64,000 bases of DNA from contig JAXHMY010000001.1 in the NCBI GenBank assembly GCA_034520965.1, positions 992,001-1,056,000 of the forward strand. Direction: 5' to 3'. The position numbers were made by a program, and so were the translations under genes. Origin of the DNA: Spirochaetia bacterium. Lineage in GTDB: Bacteria > Spirochaetota > Spirochaetia > DSM-16054 > Sediminispirochaetaceae. Shown piece by piece: positions 37,046 through 47,057 of this stretch. The first letter of the stretch is position 1; each line of letters begins with the position of its first letter. The notes under the pieces are model-generated. The model was not told the DNA's origin and searched no databases. It saw only the letters and a list, made by a program, of their open reading frames with translations.

Positions 37046-39375
37046 TAACTCAGTTTTTTTATAATCAAATCAAGGGGAACTGCTTTACTGAAATGATATC
37101 CCTGCAGGGTAGAGCACTTTACATTGCGAAAGTAATCCCACTGCTGCCTGGTTTCAATCCCCTCTACCACCACATCTAAATCGAGGCTTTCGGCCAAGTT
37201 GGTAATGGTTCCCACAATTTTCTGATTATGAAGTTCGTTAATTTTAGCCACAAAGGAGATATCCACCTTCAAGCTATCCGCGGGCAACTTGGAAAGGTAG
37301 CTTAAAGAAGAGTATCCGGTGCCAAAATCATCGATTACCACACTCAAACCGGGACGCATCTCCTTCAGTTTTATAAGCTTGCCTATCGTCTCATCAGGAC
37401 TGCTCATTAAACTAAACTCGGTTATTTCAAGCTTGACCATGTGCGGGGGAATACCGCTTCGGTCTAATATCTTTACAACAGTCGAGACAAAAGTCTTTTC
37501 ACTCAGCTGAACCGGGGAAACATTGATAGACACATACAAACCTTTTCCATAAGTAACTTCCAGTTGCGCCATATCACTGCAGGCCCGCTCAAGCACCCAA
37601 TTTCCCAGGGGTACTATCAGTCCCTTTTCTTCGGCCACCGGAATAAAGCTTGAGGGGGGAATCTCGCCAAGCTCTGCATCAGTCCAGCGCAGCAGGGCCT
37701 CAACCCCCTTCAACTTCCCATCCAGATCCACCAGAGGCTGGTAATGAAGCTGAAACAGGCTGTTGTTCAGCGCATTCTTGATCCCCTGCTCAATTTTCAA
37801 CTGCATCGTAGCTTTTGACACTAATGAATCGTAGTACACGGTATAGCGGTTTTTACCTGAGTTCTTGGATTCATACATAGCCAGGTCGGCATTCTGAATA
37901 AGGGTTTGAGTATCTTTTCCATGGGCAGGAAAAAGGGCAATCCCAATGCTCACTCCGATGGTTACCATCGACGTCTCTGCTTTTGAGTCTTCCGTATGCA
38001 AATAGTAGGGGCTGCGGATGACAGAAAGAATTTTTTGGGCAACCACCACCGCATCCTTTTTCGCCTCAATTTGCGGCAGCATAATAACAAACTCATCACC
38101 GCCAAAGCGGTAGATCGAATCGCTCTCACGAAGGCAGCCCCGCAGACGTCCGGCGGTATTCAGCAGCAGCTCATCACCCACCTTATGGCCCAGGGAGTCG
38201 TTAATCTGCTTAAAGCCGTCGAGATCCAGAAACATCAGCGCCCCGTTCAGCATAGGATATTTTTCCAACTGATCCAGAACTTCCTGCATATCATGGTTGA
38301 ACAGTTCGCGATTACCCAAATTAGTCAGGCGGTCATGGTAGGCCAGTTTTCGCAACTGGCGTTCAATATTTTTACGCTGGGTGATATCACGAATAATACA
38401 GGTTAGGGTCCGCCCCTGAAAATCCGATGAATTGCCGAAGGACATCTCCATAGGTGACACTCCGCGGCTTTTATGCGTGCCCAGAACTTCGATACTGCGC
38501 TTCAGCCCTAGGGTACTCCGGTGCTCATCATCAACAATGAAGTACTTCTTAAACTCATCTTCATGGCGCTTAAAAATTTCAGGGGGAAACAGCATTCGAA
38601 AGTTCTGGCCCAGGAGCTCCTCTTTGGTATATCCGAAGGTACGTGTCACCGCACTGTTGGCAAACACAATCTGAAATTTCTCATTAATTCGGATAATCGC
38701 CTCGTTCACCGTTTCGGTAAGCACACTGTAATGCTTCTCCAGACGCTGCAGACGTTCAACAAGCCCCTGCTGATAGGTGATATCCCGCATCACCGCAGCT
38801 AGGGCTACTTCACCATCGCACCAGTAGGCATGGAACATAGATTCACAGGAGTGCAGGTCACCAAAGCCGTTTCGGCAACGCATCACCAGTGGGGAATCCT
38901 TGGTTTTTAGGGCTCCCCTGGTGAGGCTGTGTATACTATCTTCAAGCTTTTTCCGTACAACCTGCTGATACTCGGGAACCACAATGGACATCAGCTCCTT
39001 TGCCTGCAGCTCTTGCAGAGAAAAACCAAATTGATCCGCCCAGGCGGTGTTAATCCACTTAAACTCCCCTTGAGAGGACAATACCGCTACCGACTCCTCC
39101 GATTCATCTAGAGAGGAATAAAAATCCCGATGGCTATCGGAGTTTGAGATAAAAACGTAGCCGTGCTCTTTAAAAATGCGAGACAGCTTCTCTGAAATGA
39201 GATTCCGGGCTTGAAGAGGCTGTGCAGTGTAGAGGGCCTCGTCGGGAACTGTGTCTGTGTCAGGGTCAGTGTCGGTACCGGTAATAAGCCACCGCTCACC
39301 CTTCTGAAGTGATTTATAACGCCGAGTATCAAAATCGGCAGCTTTAAGCGAGTAATCCCGTTTGTCTTGTTTCAT
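37045..39375 (-). CDS. PAS-PAS-GGDEF-EAL diguanylate cyclase/phosphodiesterase
   Basis: Two PAS regions, LAYHDRLTNLGNR, RESD I-site, GGDEF, EALLRW, DDFGTGYSSL. Start moved to ATG 39375 after TGtTATAAT. Confidence 0.94.
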   Translation of the reverse strand: MKQDKRDYSLKAADFDTRRYKSLQKGERWLITGTDTDPDTDTVPDEALYTAQPLQARNLISEKLSRIFKEHGYVFISNSDSHRDFYSSLDESEESVAVLSSQGEFKWINTAWADQFGFSLQELQAKELMSIVVPEYQQVVRKKLEDSIHSLTRGALKTKDSPLVMRCRNGFGDLHSCESMFHAYWCDGEVALAAVMRDITYQQGLVERLQRLEKHYSVLTETVNEAIIRINEKFQIVFANSAVTRTFGYTKEELLGQNFRMLFPPEIFKRHEDEFKKYFIVDDEHRSTLGLKRSIEVLGTHKSRGVSPMEMSFGNSSDFQGRTLTCIIRDITQRKNIERQLRKLAYHDRLTNLGNRELFNHDMQEVLDQLEKYPMLNGALMFLDLDGFKQINDSLGHKVGDELLLNTAGRLRGCLRESDSIYRFGGDEFVIMLPQIEAKKDAVVVAQKILSVIRSPYYLHTEDSKAETSMVTIGVSIGIALFPAHGKDTQTLIQNADLAMYESKNSGKNRYTVYYDSLVSKATMQLKIEQGIKNALNNSLFQLHYQPLVDLDGKLKGVEALLRWTDAELGEIPPSSFIPVAEEKGLIVPLGNWVLERACSDMAQLEVTYGKGLYVSINVSPVQLSEKTFVSTVVKILDRSGIPPHMVKLEITEFSLMSSPDETIGKLIKLKEMRPGLSVVIDDFGTGYSSLSYLSKLPADSLKVDISFVAKINELHNQKIVGTITNLAESLDLDVVVEGIETRQQWDYFRNVKCSTLQGYHFSKAVPLDLIIKKLS

Positions 39376-39434
39376 TCCATCCGCATTATAACATACTTTT
39401 TTCGTCAAAAAAAAACACCTGTTTTTTAACCCGT

Positions 39435-41222
39435 TTAGGAGATTACTGCAGTCTGCTGCTCCAGCCACCGGCGCTCTTCAGCCTTCAGCTCGGGAGACAG
39501 AAGCGTATACACTTTGTGGTGATAGTCATTTACCCACTGCAGCTGTTCCGGGCTCAACATTGTCGGTTCGATTAATCGGGGCTCAAGGGGACACAGAGTC
39601 AAGGTTTCAAAACCGTAAAAGCGTCCGAAGGGAGTTTCAAACTGCTCGCCCGTGAGTATGAGGTTCTCAATCCGAATACCATAGGCATTCTCGCGGTACA
39701 GCCCAGGCTCATTAGAGTTGAACATTCCGGGTTTCAAAACTGCATCAATCAGCCGTGAACTGATACTCTGGGGCCCTTCGTGCACATTCAGAAAACAGCC
39801 CACCCCATGTCCGGTCCCGTGGGTATAGTTCAGCCCCCGGCTCCACATTGAGTACTTGGCAAGAGTTTCAAGCTGAACTCCACGGGTGCCCTGCGGAAAG
39901 CGCGCCATAGCCAAATTGATATGGCTCTTCAGCACATTGGTATAATCCTCCCGCTGCTGCGCCGTTGCTTCACCCAGGCACACAGTGCGGGTGATGTCGG
40001 TAGTCCCATCCAGATAGTGTGCCCCGGAGTCAATTAACAGCAGCCCATCCCCGTCCAGCTCGTAGGCCGTACTTTCATTTGCGCTGTAATGAATTACCGC
40101 TCCATGATCACGGAAACCGACAATCGGATGAAAACTCTCTCCCATAAACCCGGGCTGCCGGCTGCGGAACTGGGGTAAGGCCTCTCCCACGGACACCTCA
40201 TTCAGGCGGCCCCTCTCCCAACTGTGCATCAGCCAGTATAAAAACTGCACCATGGCAACGCCGTCTTTTACCATCGCATTCCGAATACCCTCTATTTCAA
40301 CAGAACTCTTCACCGCCTTCATTTCGGTGGTGATATCGTTTTTCTCTACCGGCCGGGCATACCATCGCACCTGCTCGGCCAGGGCATAACTGACAGTGGA
40401 AGGATCGTACAGCACCCGCTCGTCGGGGCGAACCGTACTCTGTATGAGCTCCTCCACCTTTTTATACGGGGCAATCTTAACACCCTCTTCCTCAAGCAGA
40501 GAGGTCAGCTCCTCGGAGAGCTTGCCCCGGTCAACACAGAGATGCACCCCTCCCTTCCCGATCAGGGCGTAACTTAAAAAGAGGGGGTTGTACTTAATAT
40601 CATCCCCCCGCAGGTTAAACAGCCAGGCAATATCGGATAATGAGGAGAGCAGCTGGTAATCCGCTTTTAACTCCTGGAGATGCTGTTGGAGCTGCTCTAT
40701 TTTCTCCTGTCGCGACCGGCCGGCGTAACGCAGATCGTGCTGATATATATCTTCCTCCGGCAGCCCCGGACGCCCATCCCATATTCGGTCGAGCAGGTCC
40801 TCCGAAGCGTGGAGTTCCAGCCCGTAGACCCCCAGCTGCTGCTGGAAACTGCGGTACAGCTGGGCCGAAATAGTCCAGCCGTCGGCCCCGACTACCGCCT
40901 CCCGGGGCAGTTCCTGTCCCAGCCACTCACAGATTCCCGGAACATCCGCCTCTCCCTGCCGAAACAGTGCTATTCCACTGCCGTCAAGCTCCCCGGCAGC
41001 CTGCACATAGTAGCGCGAATCGGTCCACAACCCGGCCTTCTCGCGGGTACACACAAAGGTTCCCGCAGAACCGGAAAAGCCGCTTATCCATGCCCTATCG
41101 CGCCAGCGCTCGGCTACATATTCGCTCATATGTGGATCTGTGCCGAAGATGAGATACGCCTCAATCTGTCCTGCAGCCATCTCCTTCCGCAGGGCGGCCA
41201 GTCGTTCCGGTATCGAACTCAT
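39435..41222 (-). CDS. Xaa-Pro aminopeptidase (M24B)
   Basis: DPHMSEY, SGFSGSAG, DSGAHYLDGTTDITRT, HGTGHGVG..LNVHEGP, NEPGLY, GIRIEN. Start ATG 41222 with GGAGG. Confidence 0.94.
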   Translation of the reverse strand: MSSIPERLAALRKEMAAGQIEAYLIFGTDPHMSEYVAERWRDRAWISGFSGSAGTFVCTREKAGLWTDSRYYVQAAGELDGSGIALFRQGEADVPGICEWLGQELPREAVVGADGWTISAQLYRSFQQQLGVYGLELHASEDLLDRIWDGRPGLPEEDIYQHDLRYAGRSRQEKIEQLQQHLQELKADYQLLSSLSDIAWLFNLRGDDIKYNPLFLSYALIGKGGVHLCVDRGKLSEELTSLLEEEGVKIAPYKKVEELIQSTVRPDERVLYDPSTVSYALAEQVRWYARPVEKNDITTEMKAVKSSVEIEGIRNAMVKDGVAMVQFLYWLMHSWERGRLNEVSVGEALPQFRSRQPGFMGESFHPIVGFRDHGAVIHYSANESTAYELDGDGLLLIDSGAHYLDGTTDITRTVCLGEATAQQREDYTNVLKSHINLAMARFPQGTRGVQLETLAKYSMWSRGLNYTHGTGHGVGCFLNVHEGPQSISSRLIDAVLKPGMFNSNEPGLYRENAYGIRIENLILTGEQFETPFGRFYGFETLTLCPLEPRLIEPTMLSPEQLQWVNDYHHKVYTLLSPELKAEERRWLEQQTAVIS

Positions 41223-41737
41223 GTATTTCCTCCATAGTGTGTGTCTACCAGCTGCAGCACCCGTGCCACAATCGGGCAGATGGCGGCATTCTTCAAGGTT
41301 TTCGAAAACAGCTGATACACATTTTTTTGGTCGGTATGCGGATATTCCCGGCACGCCTTCGGTCGATCCTCGTATACCCCACAATAATTATCATTCCCCA
41401 AAAAGGGGCAGGGCATACTTTTGAACACCCAGTCAGAATCCTCATCCTTCCGCAGATAGCGCCGGGTAAACTCGGAAGCCCTCATCCGAAGCACAGGGGC
41501 CAAACGGTCAATATCGCGTTCCAGCACCCGCGGTCCTGTGGTCACACAGCAGTTTGCACAGCGCAGGCAGTCTATCTCTTCAAAGGCTCGGGCATGGGCC
41601 TCCTGAAACACCACGTCTAAATCGCGGGGCGGCCTCTTTTTCAGCCTGGCCAGGCGTTTTTTATACCGTTTCAGGTTTCCCGTAACCGCTGCCGACAGTT
41701 CCCGGTAGCGGGGGTCCATCCGTCCTCCATCCAACAT
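41219..41737 (-). CDS. YkgJ-family cysteine-cluster protein
   Basis: CLRCANCC, PCPFL...C.VYEDRPKACREYPH, C-terminal CP. Start is 41737 or 41719. Confidence 0.88.
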   Translation of the reverse strand: MLDGGRMDPRYRELSAAVTGNLKRYKKRLARLKKRPPRDLDVVFQEAHARAFEEIDCLRCANCCVTTGPRVLERDIDRLAPVLRMRASEFTRRYLRKDEDSDWVFKSMPCPFLGNDNYCGVYEDRPKACREYPHTDQKNVYQLFSKTLKNAAICPIVARVLQLVDTHYGGNT

Positions 41738-41780
41738 ACATCCACTATAGCCTATTCTGCAGGGCCGCAAAAGCCCTCGT

Positions 41781-42602
41781 TTACAAGCGGTGGCGCTCCA
41801 TCCAATGAACCGCAAAATCGACACACAGGCGCTGACGAAACAGGCGGGCGGTTCCCGCACCTACCTTCCCTTTGACTATGTCGTGGGAGTGCTTTTTTTC
41901 AAACCCATGACCGATCGTTTCGAAATCCTCCGAGTTAATATTTATATCCTTGAACCATTTCCAGCGCCGGTGGCCCTCCACCATGATCGGAGCCCCGGTA
42001 TCTACTTCCTTTTTTTTCGGAAAAGCGGCCCGGTACTCCGCCAGATGAAAGGAGGTATTGCTCTGGTAACCGGCCCCCAACAGCAGCACGTATCCGTCAC
42101 GGCTGTAGAGCCTGCCGAGGGGCGAGGTATCGCCCAAAGCAAAATCCGGCGGATGCTCACATAGCAGCTCCTGGGCCCCCTCGCCCCAGGCGGAAAAGGA
42201 GAGCTGCGGGTGGGCACTGCGCAGAACCCCCGGATATGTCCTGAACAGCTCCGCCACCAGCCCGATACCGCGGGTCGGAGTCAGTTCCGGGTCATACGCA
42301 GGCATTGAAGCTCGAATAGTCTCCCACCACCCCTTCGGCACCGGCGGGTTCTGCCAGCCCGCCGGATCGGAGACATCCCCGGAGTGGGCCGGCATCATCA
42401 GGGTTCCCCACGGGCGGATCACTGCTTGCAGTGCCTCGATAAGAGCACGGGCACCGCCGCACACCCAGCCAAGGGAGGAAAGGGAGGAGTGCACCAGCAA
42501 GGTACTCCCCGGTTCAATTCCAAGCTCCATGAAATCGGCCTCCAAACCGGCCTGGGTAACCGGTCTGTCACCGGTACGGTCTATCAACTCTTTTTCGCCC
42601 AT
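41781..42602 (-). CDS. AAC(3)/YokD-family N-acetyltransferase
   Basis: LLVHSSLSSLGWVCGG, GTLMMP, RSAHPQLSF, NTSFHLAE. Start ATG 42602. Confidence 0.9.
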   Translation of the reverse strand: MGEKELIDRTGDRPVTQAGLEADFMELGIEPGSTLLVHSSLSSLGWVCGGARALIEALQAVIRPWGTLMMPAHSGDVSDPAGWQNPPVPKGWWETIRASMPAYDPELTPTRGIGLVAELFRTYPGVLRSAHPQLSFSAWGEGAQELLCEHPPDFALGDTSPLGRLYSRDGYVLLLGAGYQSNTSFHLAEYRAAFPKKKEVDTGAPIMVEGHRRWKWFKDININSEDFETIGHGFEKKHSHDIVKGKVGAGTARLFRQRLCVDFAVHWMERHRL

Positions 42603-42692
42603 AGTTAAAGCATAACACATTTCAAATTGCTGTGCCGGCAATTATTCCTGTACTCACTTGCCTAAGCGGCTAAAGATAACTAATTTAGTAAT

Positions 42693-42953
42693 ATGTTACG
42701 TAGAGTATTAGCACAAATTATGGGCGGGGGCGCCATACAATATAAGGAGATATCTAAAACTTTAGATATACCGGAAGGAATGGTTCATCAAATGGTCTGG
42801 GAGCTACAGCGCCTGGGGTACCTCCAGAAAACGATGGACGACTGCGGCGAGTTCACATGTTCCGGCTGTTCCATGGGCTGCGGAGAGAAAACGCCCCTCC
42901 AGCATGCCCTCACCCTCACCGAAAAGGGTCAGCGCTTTCTACAAAACGCTTAA
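42693..42953 (+). CDS. FeoC-like winged-helix protein with Cys cluster
   Basis: wHTH pattern ending L.RLGYL, then CxxxxCxxCxxxC; next to the feo genes; TTGCCT-17-TAATTT-6 nt-ATG. Confidence 0.75.
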   Translation: MLRRVLAQIMGGGAIQYKEISKTLDIPEGMVHQMVWELQRLGYLQKTMDDCGEFTCSGCSMGCGEKTPLQHALTLTEKGQRFLQNA

Positions 42954-43037
42954 AGCCTACGCACAGCACGATGCACGATTAAACTCAGTACGCTAAGCAA
43001 GCCGGGATCTCTGTCTCCGAGGGCGGATAGAGGCTTA

Positions 43038-43274
43038 TCACTCGTTGAGCGGGCTGACCCGCACTTTGCCGGCTAATCCGGTACCCACCACCAGCCTTGA
43101 CCCATGGTGCTCTATTATCAGCGGCCCATTTCCGTCATTTTGAGTTACAGTGAGGTGCTCTCCCGGAATAATTCCAAGATCCATAAGTTTTGAACGGGCC
43201 ATCCGTCCTCCGCTGATAGCCACTACACGAAGTGCGGATCCGCGGTGCATTTGATCGAGTGTGTATATATCCAT
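43038..43274 (-). CDS. feoA: FeoA-family protein
   Basis: KLMDLGIIPG, GPLII, RLVVG.GLA.KV.V. Confidence 0.88.
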   Translation of the reverse strand: MDIYTLDQMHRGSALRVVAISGGRMARSKLMDLGIIPGEHLTVTQNDGNGPLIIEHHGSRLVVGTGLAGKVRVSPLNE

Positions 43275-43359
43275 TTAACACGCTAATAGTGGCAGTAATA
43301 TGAAGCTGATGTCAATGTGGAAACCGGAGATTCGGATTAAGCCTTCTTGTTAAACCTTC

Positions 43360-43417
43360 TTGACAAATTAGAAGCATCTATTTAAATTATATTAGGCTAC
43401 CGTTAGGTAGTATCTGA
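43360..43417 (+). promoter_or_regulatory. feoAB promoter with candidate metal-repressor operators
   Basis: TTGACA(43360)-17-TAAATT; imperfect dyad TAGAAGCATCTA in the spacer and TTAGG half-sites downstream. Confidence 0.6.
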
Positions 43418-43439
43418 TACCGACATCGGAGGCGTATGA

Positions 43440-43772
43440 ATGTTGCACACAGCCAGTCATCAGCATTCAAACTTGTCTTTCTTTCCCGGCTATGATACTT
43501 TTCATACCAAGGACAACAACATTATGAATACCCCCTTAAGTCTCTGCCGCGAAGGCGACCGGGTAACAATAAAAAAACTCACGGGCCATGGCGGCTTTAA
43601 AAAACGGCTGCTTGATCTCGGTTTTCGTAAAGGCAAAGAACTTACTGTGGTCCGTTACGCTCCTCTGCGTGACCCGATGGAGGTAAATTTATCCGGCAGC
43701 CATATTTCACTGCGAGTGGAAGAGGCCGATCATATCGAAGTTACCCCCACATCTGCATCACATGGCGAATAA
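43440..43772 (+). CDS. feoA: FeoA-family protein
   Basis: KRLLDLGFRKG, VRYAPLRDPM, ISLRVEEA; GGAGG 7 nt before ATG 43440 (alternative start 43524). Confidence 0.9.
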   Translation: MLHTASHQHSNLSFFPGYDTFHTKDNNIMNTPLSLCREGDRVTIKKLTGHGGFKKRLLDLGFRKGKELTVVRYAPLRDPMEVNLSGSHISLRVEEADHIEVTPTSASHGE

Positions 43773-45939
43773 CCAAGTACCCCTCACCGACTCATATACC
43801 TTCGCCCTCACCGGGAATCCCAACTGCGGCAAAACCTCCATCTTTAACGAGATTACCGGTGCAAACCAGAAAGTCGGCAATTGGGGCGGGGTAACGGTAG
43901 ATGTAAAAACCGGGAGTATTCGAAGAACAGGGGCAAAACTCTACTTCACCGATATCCCCGGAACCTACTCCCTAAGTGCCTATACTATGGAAGAAATAGT
44001 GGCCCGTGATTACATTATAAACGGAAATACGGATGTAATTATCGATGTGCTCGATTCCACTAACCTGGAGCGAAACCTCTATCTGGCGGTACAGCTGATC
44101 GAGCTGGGCAAGCCGCTGGTGCTGGCCTTTAATATGTACGATGAGCTCACCCGATCCGGCACCCGGGTCGACACTGAACAACTGAGCCATCTGCTGGGCG
44201 CCCCCATCTGCTTTACCGTCGGACGCACCGGCAAGGGGATCGATACTCTGCTGGATACCGCAGTTCAAGTAGCAAAAGACAGCTATCCCAAGAAGCACAC
44301 GGTGAACGTCCAGTATGGTCCGGAACTTGAAGCAGCCATTGAGAAACTGAGTTCACTACTTGAGCAAATCGACTTTGACCGGCGGGGTATTGAGATGCGC
44401 TGGTATGCCCTTAAGCTGTTAGAAGGGGATGAGGTTATTACCAAGCAGGTACAGGAGCTCTCCGGCAGCGAGGCAGTACTTGCAGAGCAGCAAGTACAAA
44501 TGGAGCGGATTGAAGCACTCTACCACGAAGATGCAGCCACCCTTATTAGCGAAAAGCGCTACGGCTTTATACTCGGGGCAATGGGAGAAACGGTAAAGCG
44601 GGCTCCGGTAGACCGAATCGGTTTGTCCGAGAAAATTGACGGCATCATGACCAACCGCTTTCTGGCCTACCCTATATTTGCCGCCTTTATGTGGCTGCTG
44701 TTTCAGGCCACCTTTACCCTGGGAGCTTACCCAATGGAGTGGTTTGAGTCCGGTGTCGGCTGGCTTTCAGAGACTCTCCAGGCAGCCATGAACCCTTCCA
44801 TGTTCCGCAGCTTACTGGTCGACGGCATAATAGGCGGGGTCGGCGGAGTTCTGGTATTTTTGCCGAATATTTTAATACTCTTCTTCGGTATCTCCATTCT
44901 TGAGGATACCGGATATATGGCGCGAATTGCATTTATCATGGATAAAATGATGCACCGGATCGGGCTGCACGGGAAAAGTTTTATTCCTTTGATCATGGGA
45001 ATTGGCTGTAACGTACCGGCCATTATGGCCGCCCGCACCCTGGAGTCTAACCGCGACCGAATATTGACAATATTAATCGCACCGCTGATTAGCTGCAGCG
45101 CCCGCTTGCCGGTGTACATTCTGTTTGCGGGCACCTTTTTCCCCCGGAACGCCGGCAATATAATTTTCATACTCTACTTTTTCAGCTTTTTCTTTGCTTT
45201 CTTCATGGGCTTCCTGTTCAAGAAAAACCTGTTTAAAGGTGAAGAGTTTCCCTTTGTAATGGAACTGCCCCCCTACCGTGTACCGACCCTCAAAAGCGCC
45301 CTGATTCACATGTGGGAGAAGGGTAAACATTATCTGCAGAAAATGGGGGGAGTGGTGCTGATCTTCTCAATTGTAATCTGGTTCTTAAGCAACTTTCCGG
45401 TACAAACAGAAGTAGCCCAGCAGTACGACCGGCAGATCGACGACCTCGAAACCCGTATAGAACAGACTTATAGCGAAAGCTCGGTAGAGCGGTTGAGCTA
45501 TGAGCTTGAAGAACTTCGGACCGAGAAACACCGGGAAATTATGAAAAACACCTATATCGGCAAATCCGGCAGGCTGATAGAGCCGGTCCTCCGGCCGCTG
45601 GGATTCGACTGGCGAATGGGTGTAAGCCTGATAACCGGTTTTATTGCGAAAGAGGTGGTGGTAAGCACCCTGGGGGTGCTGTTTACGGTAGGCGGCGAGG
45701 CCGATGAAGAGTCGCAGATGCTGCAAAACGCCCTGCGCCGGGCCTATACCCCACTGACAGGCCTGGCCTTCCTGTTCTTTGTGATGCTGTACACCCCTTG
45801 CATTGTGGCCTTGGTCACCTTGATACGGGAAGTACAGTCCTGGAAGTGGTCGCTGTTCTCGTTAGGCTATCAAATTGCACTGGCCTGGATGATTGCCTTC
45901 CTGGTGCGTTGGGGTGGAATTACACTGGGCTTTTCCTAG
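43762..45939 (+). CDS. feoB: Ferrous iron transporter B
   Basis: GNPNCGKT, VGNWGGVTVD, DIPGTYSL, LERNLYL, LEDTGYMAR, SCSARLPVY, LYTPC. Confidence 0.97.
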   Translation: MANNQVPLTDSYTFALTGNPNCGKTSIFNEITGANQKVGNWGGVTVDVKTGSIRRTGAKLYFTDIPGTYSLSAYTMEEIVARDYIINGNTDVIIDVLDSTNLERNLYLAVQLIELGKPLVLAFNMYDELTRSGTRVDTEQLSHLLGAPICFTVGRTGKGIDTLLDTAVQVAKDSYPKKHTVNVQYGPELEAAIEKLSSLLEQIDFDRRGIEMRWYALKLLEGDEVITKQVQELSGSEAVLAEQQVQMERIEALYHEDAATLISEKRYGFILGAMGETVKRAPVDRIGLSEKIDGIMTNRFLAYPIFAAFMWLLFQATFTLGAYPMEWFESGVGWLSETLQAAMNPSMFRSLLVDGIIGGVGGVLVFLPNILILFFGISILEDTGYMARIAFIMDKMMHRIGLHGKSFIPLIMGIGCNVPAIMAARTLESNRDRILTILIAPLISCSARLPVYILFAGTFFPRNAGNIIFILYFFSFFFAFFMGFLFKKNLFKGEEFPFVMELPPYRVPTLKSALIHMWEKGKHYLQKMGGVVLIFSIVIWFLSNFPVQTEVAQQYDRQIDDLETRIEQTYSESSVERLSYELEELRTEKHREIMKNTYIGKSGRLIEPVLRPLGFDWRMGVSLITGFIAKEVVVSTLGVLFTVGGEADEESQMLQNALRRAYTPLTGLAFLFFVMLYTPCIVALVTLIREVQSWKWSLFSLGYQIALAWMIAFLVRWGGITLGFS

Positions 45940-45975
45940 AGCCCGGATTCCAGTTCGCATATCCAGTTTGCAGCT

Positions 45976-46959
45976 TTAGAGCACAGATTGCAGGTCGCGG
46001 ATCATTGCAATGTCCCGCATACGAATTATAGCCTTGTTCTGTATCTGACGAACCCGCTCCCTAGTAATACCCAGTATCTTGCCGATTTCTTCAAGAGTGA
46101 GAGGGCTGTATCCGGACAACCCGAAGCGTAGGGTAATAATCTTCCGCTCTCGCTCGCTTAACTCGTCCATGGAGCGGTCCAGTATATCCTGCAGGTTCAG
46201 ATAGAACATGCTGTCAAAGGGCTCTTCATAATCCTCGCTAAAGACCAAGTCCGAGAGGGTTGTCACGTTTTCATCATCCACCGTCACGTCCAATGAGGCA
46301 GTCTCGCCGGAATATATCATTATATTCTCGACATGTTCGGAGGTTGTATCCATGTATTCGGCAATTTCTTCATAGTTCGGCTCCCGCCCATATTCCTGGG
46401 TAAGGTGCTTCGCAACTGAGAAGGTCTTGCGGATTATATTCAATACATGAATCGGAATACGGATAGTGCGTCCCTTATCGGCGATCGATTTAATAACCGC
46501 CTGTTGAATCCACCAGGTACCATAGGTGGAAAACTTACATTTACGAGTGTAGTCAAACCGCTCGACAGCCTCAATCAGACCAATATTTCCCTCATCTATC
46601 AAATCCAGCAAGCTCAAGCCGCGGTGCTGATATTTCTTGGCAATTGAGACTACCAGGCGCAAATTCGAGGTGATCATCCGGTTACGGTAATACTCAAGTG
46701 CCCCTTCAAGCTCCTTTTTGGCTGCCAGGTACTCCGGTCGCTGGACCTGTCCTGTGTGGTACTCCTCGTCCAGCTCGTTCAATCCGTTCTTATAGGTCTG
46801 GATATACTCACCTATCTCAAGCTCTTCACTCTTAGAGAGAAGCGGATAGGAGGCGATCTGCTTTAGATAGAGGGACAGTGGATCCATTTCGTATCCAGTA
46901 TCAGCGCTTGAATATAAATCGACATCTGCCGAGTTTTCTGTGTAGAGTTCATCTACCAT
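45976..46959 (-). CDS. sigma70-family factor without region 1.1 (RpoS-like)
   Basis: YLKQI..YPLL, NLRLVVSIAKKY, DLIDEGNIGL, FSTYGTWWIQQA, TLEEIG...TRERVRQI. Confidence 0.9.
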   Translation of the reverse strand: MVDELYTENSADVDLYSSADTGYEMDPLSLYLKQIASYPLLSKSEELEIGEYIQTYKNGLNELDEEYHTGQVQRPEYLAAKKELEGALEYYRNRMITSNLRLVVSIAKKYQHRGLSLLDLIDEGNIGLIEAVERFDYTRKCKFSTYGTWWIQQAVIKSIADKGRTIRIPIHVLNIIRKTFSVAKHLTQEYGREPNYEEIAEYMDTTSEHVENIMIYSGETASLDVTVDDENVTTLSDLVFSEDYEEPFDSMFYLNLQDILDRSMDELSERERKIITLRFGLSGYSPLTLEEIGKILGITRERVRQIQNKAIIRMRDIAMIRDLQSVL

Positions 46960-47057
46960 AATTTTCCCCTTACCGGAACTATTTTGCAGGTTAACTATGC
47001 AACGGGTTTTTGTATATCACAATAAGGTTGTTTTGAGTCTTCCTATAGGGGAATCCC

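Noticed and set aside
41781..42602. Acquired aminoglycoside resistance gene
   Set aside because: AAC(3)/YokD-like proteins are common chromosomal acetyltransferases. This one sits in a housekeeping run with no mobile context, so resistance cannot be inferred.
43436..43495. 19-aa leader peptide upstream of feoA
   Set aside because: The GGAGG is only 3 nt from this ATG but 7 nt from the in-frame feoA ATG at 43440, which explains it better.
46960..47057. sigma54 promoter for the RpoS-like sigma factor (as in Borrelia)
   Set aside because: A TTGCA is present on the minus strand, but there is no GG at the required -24 spacing.
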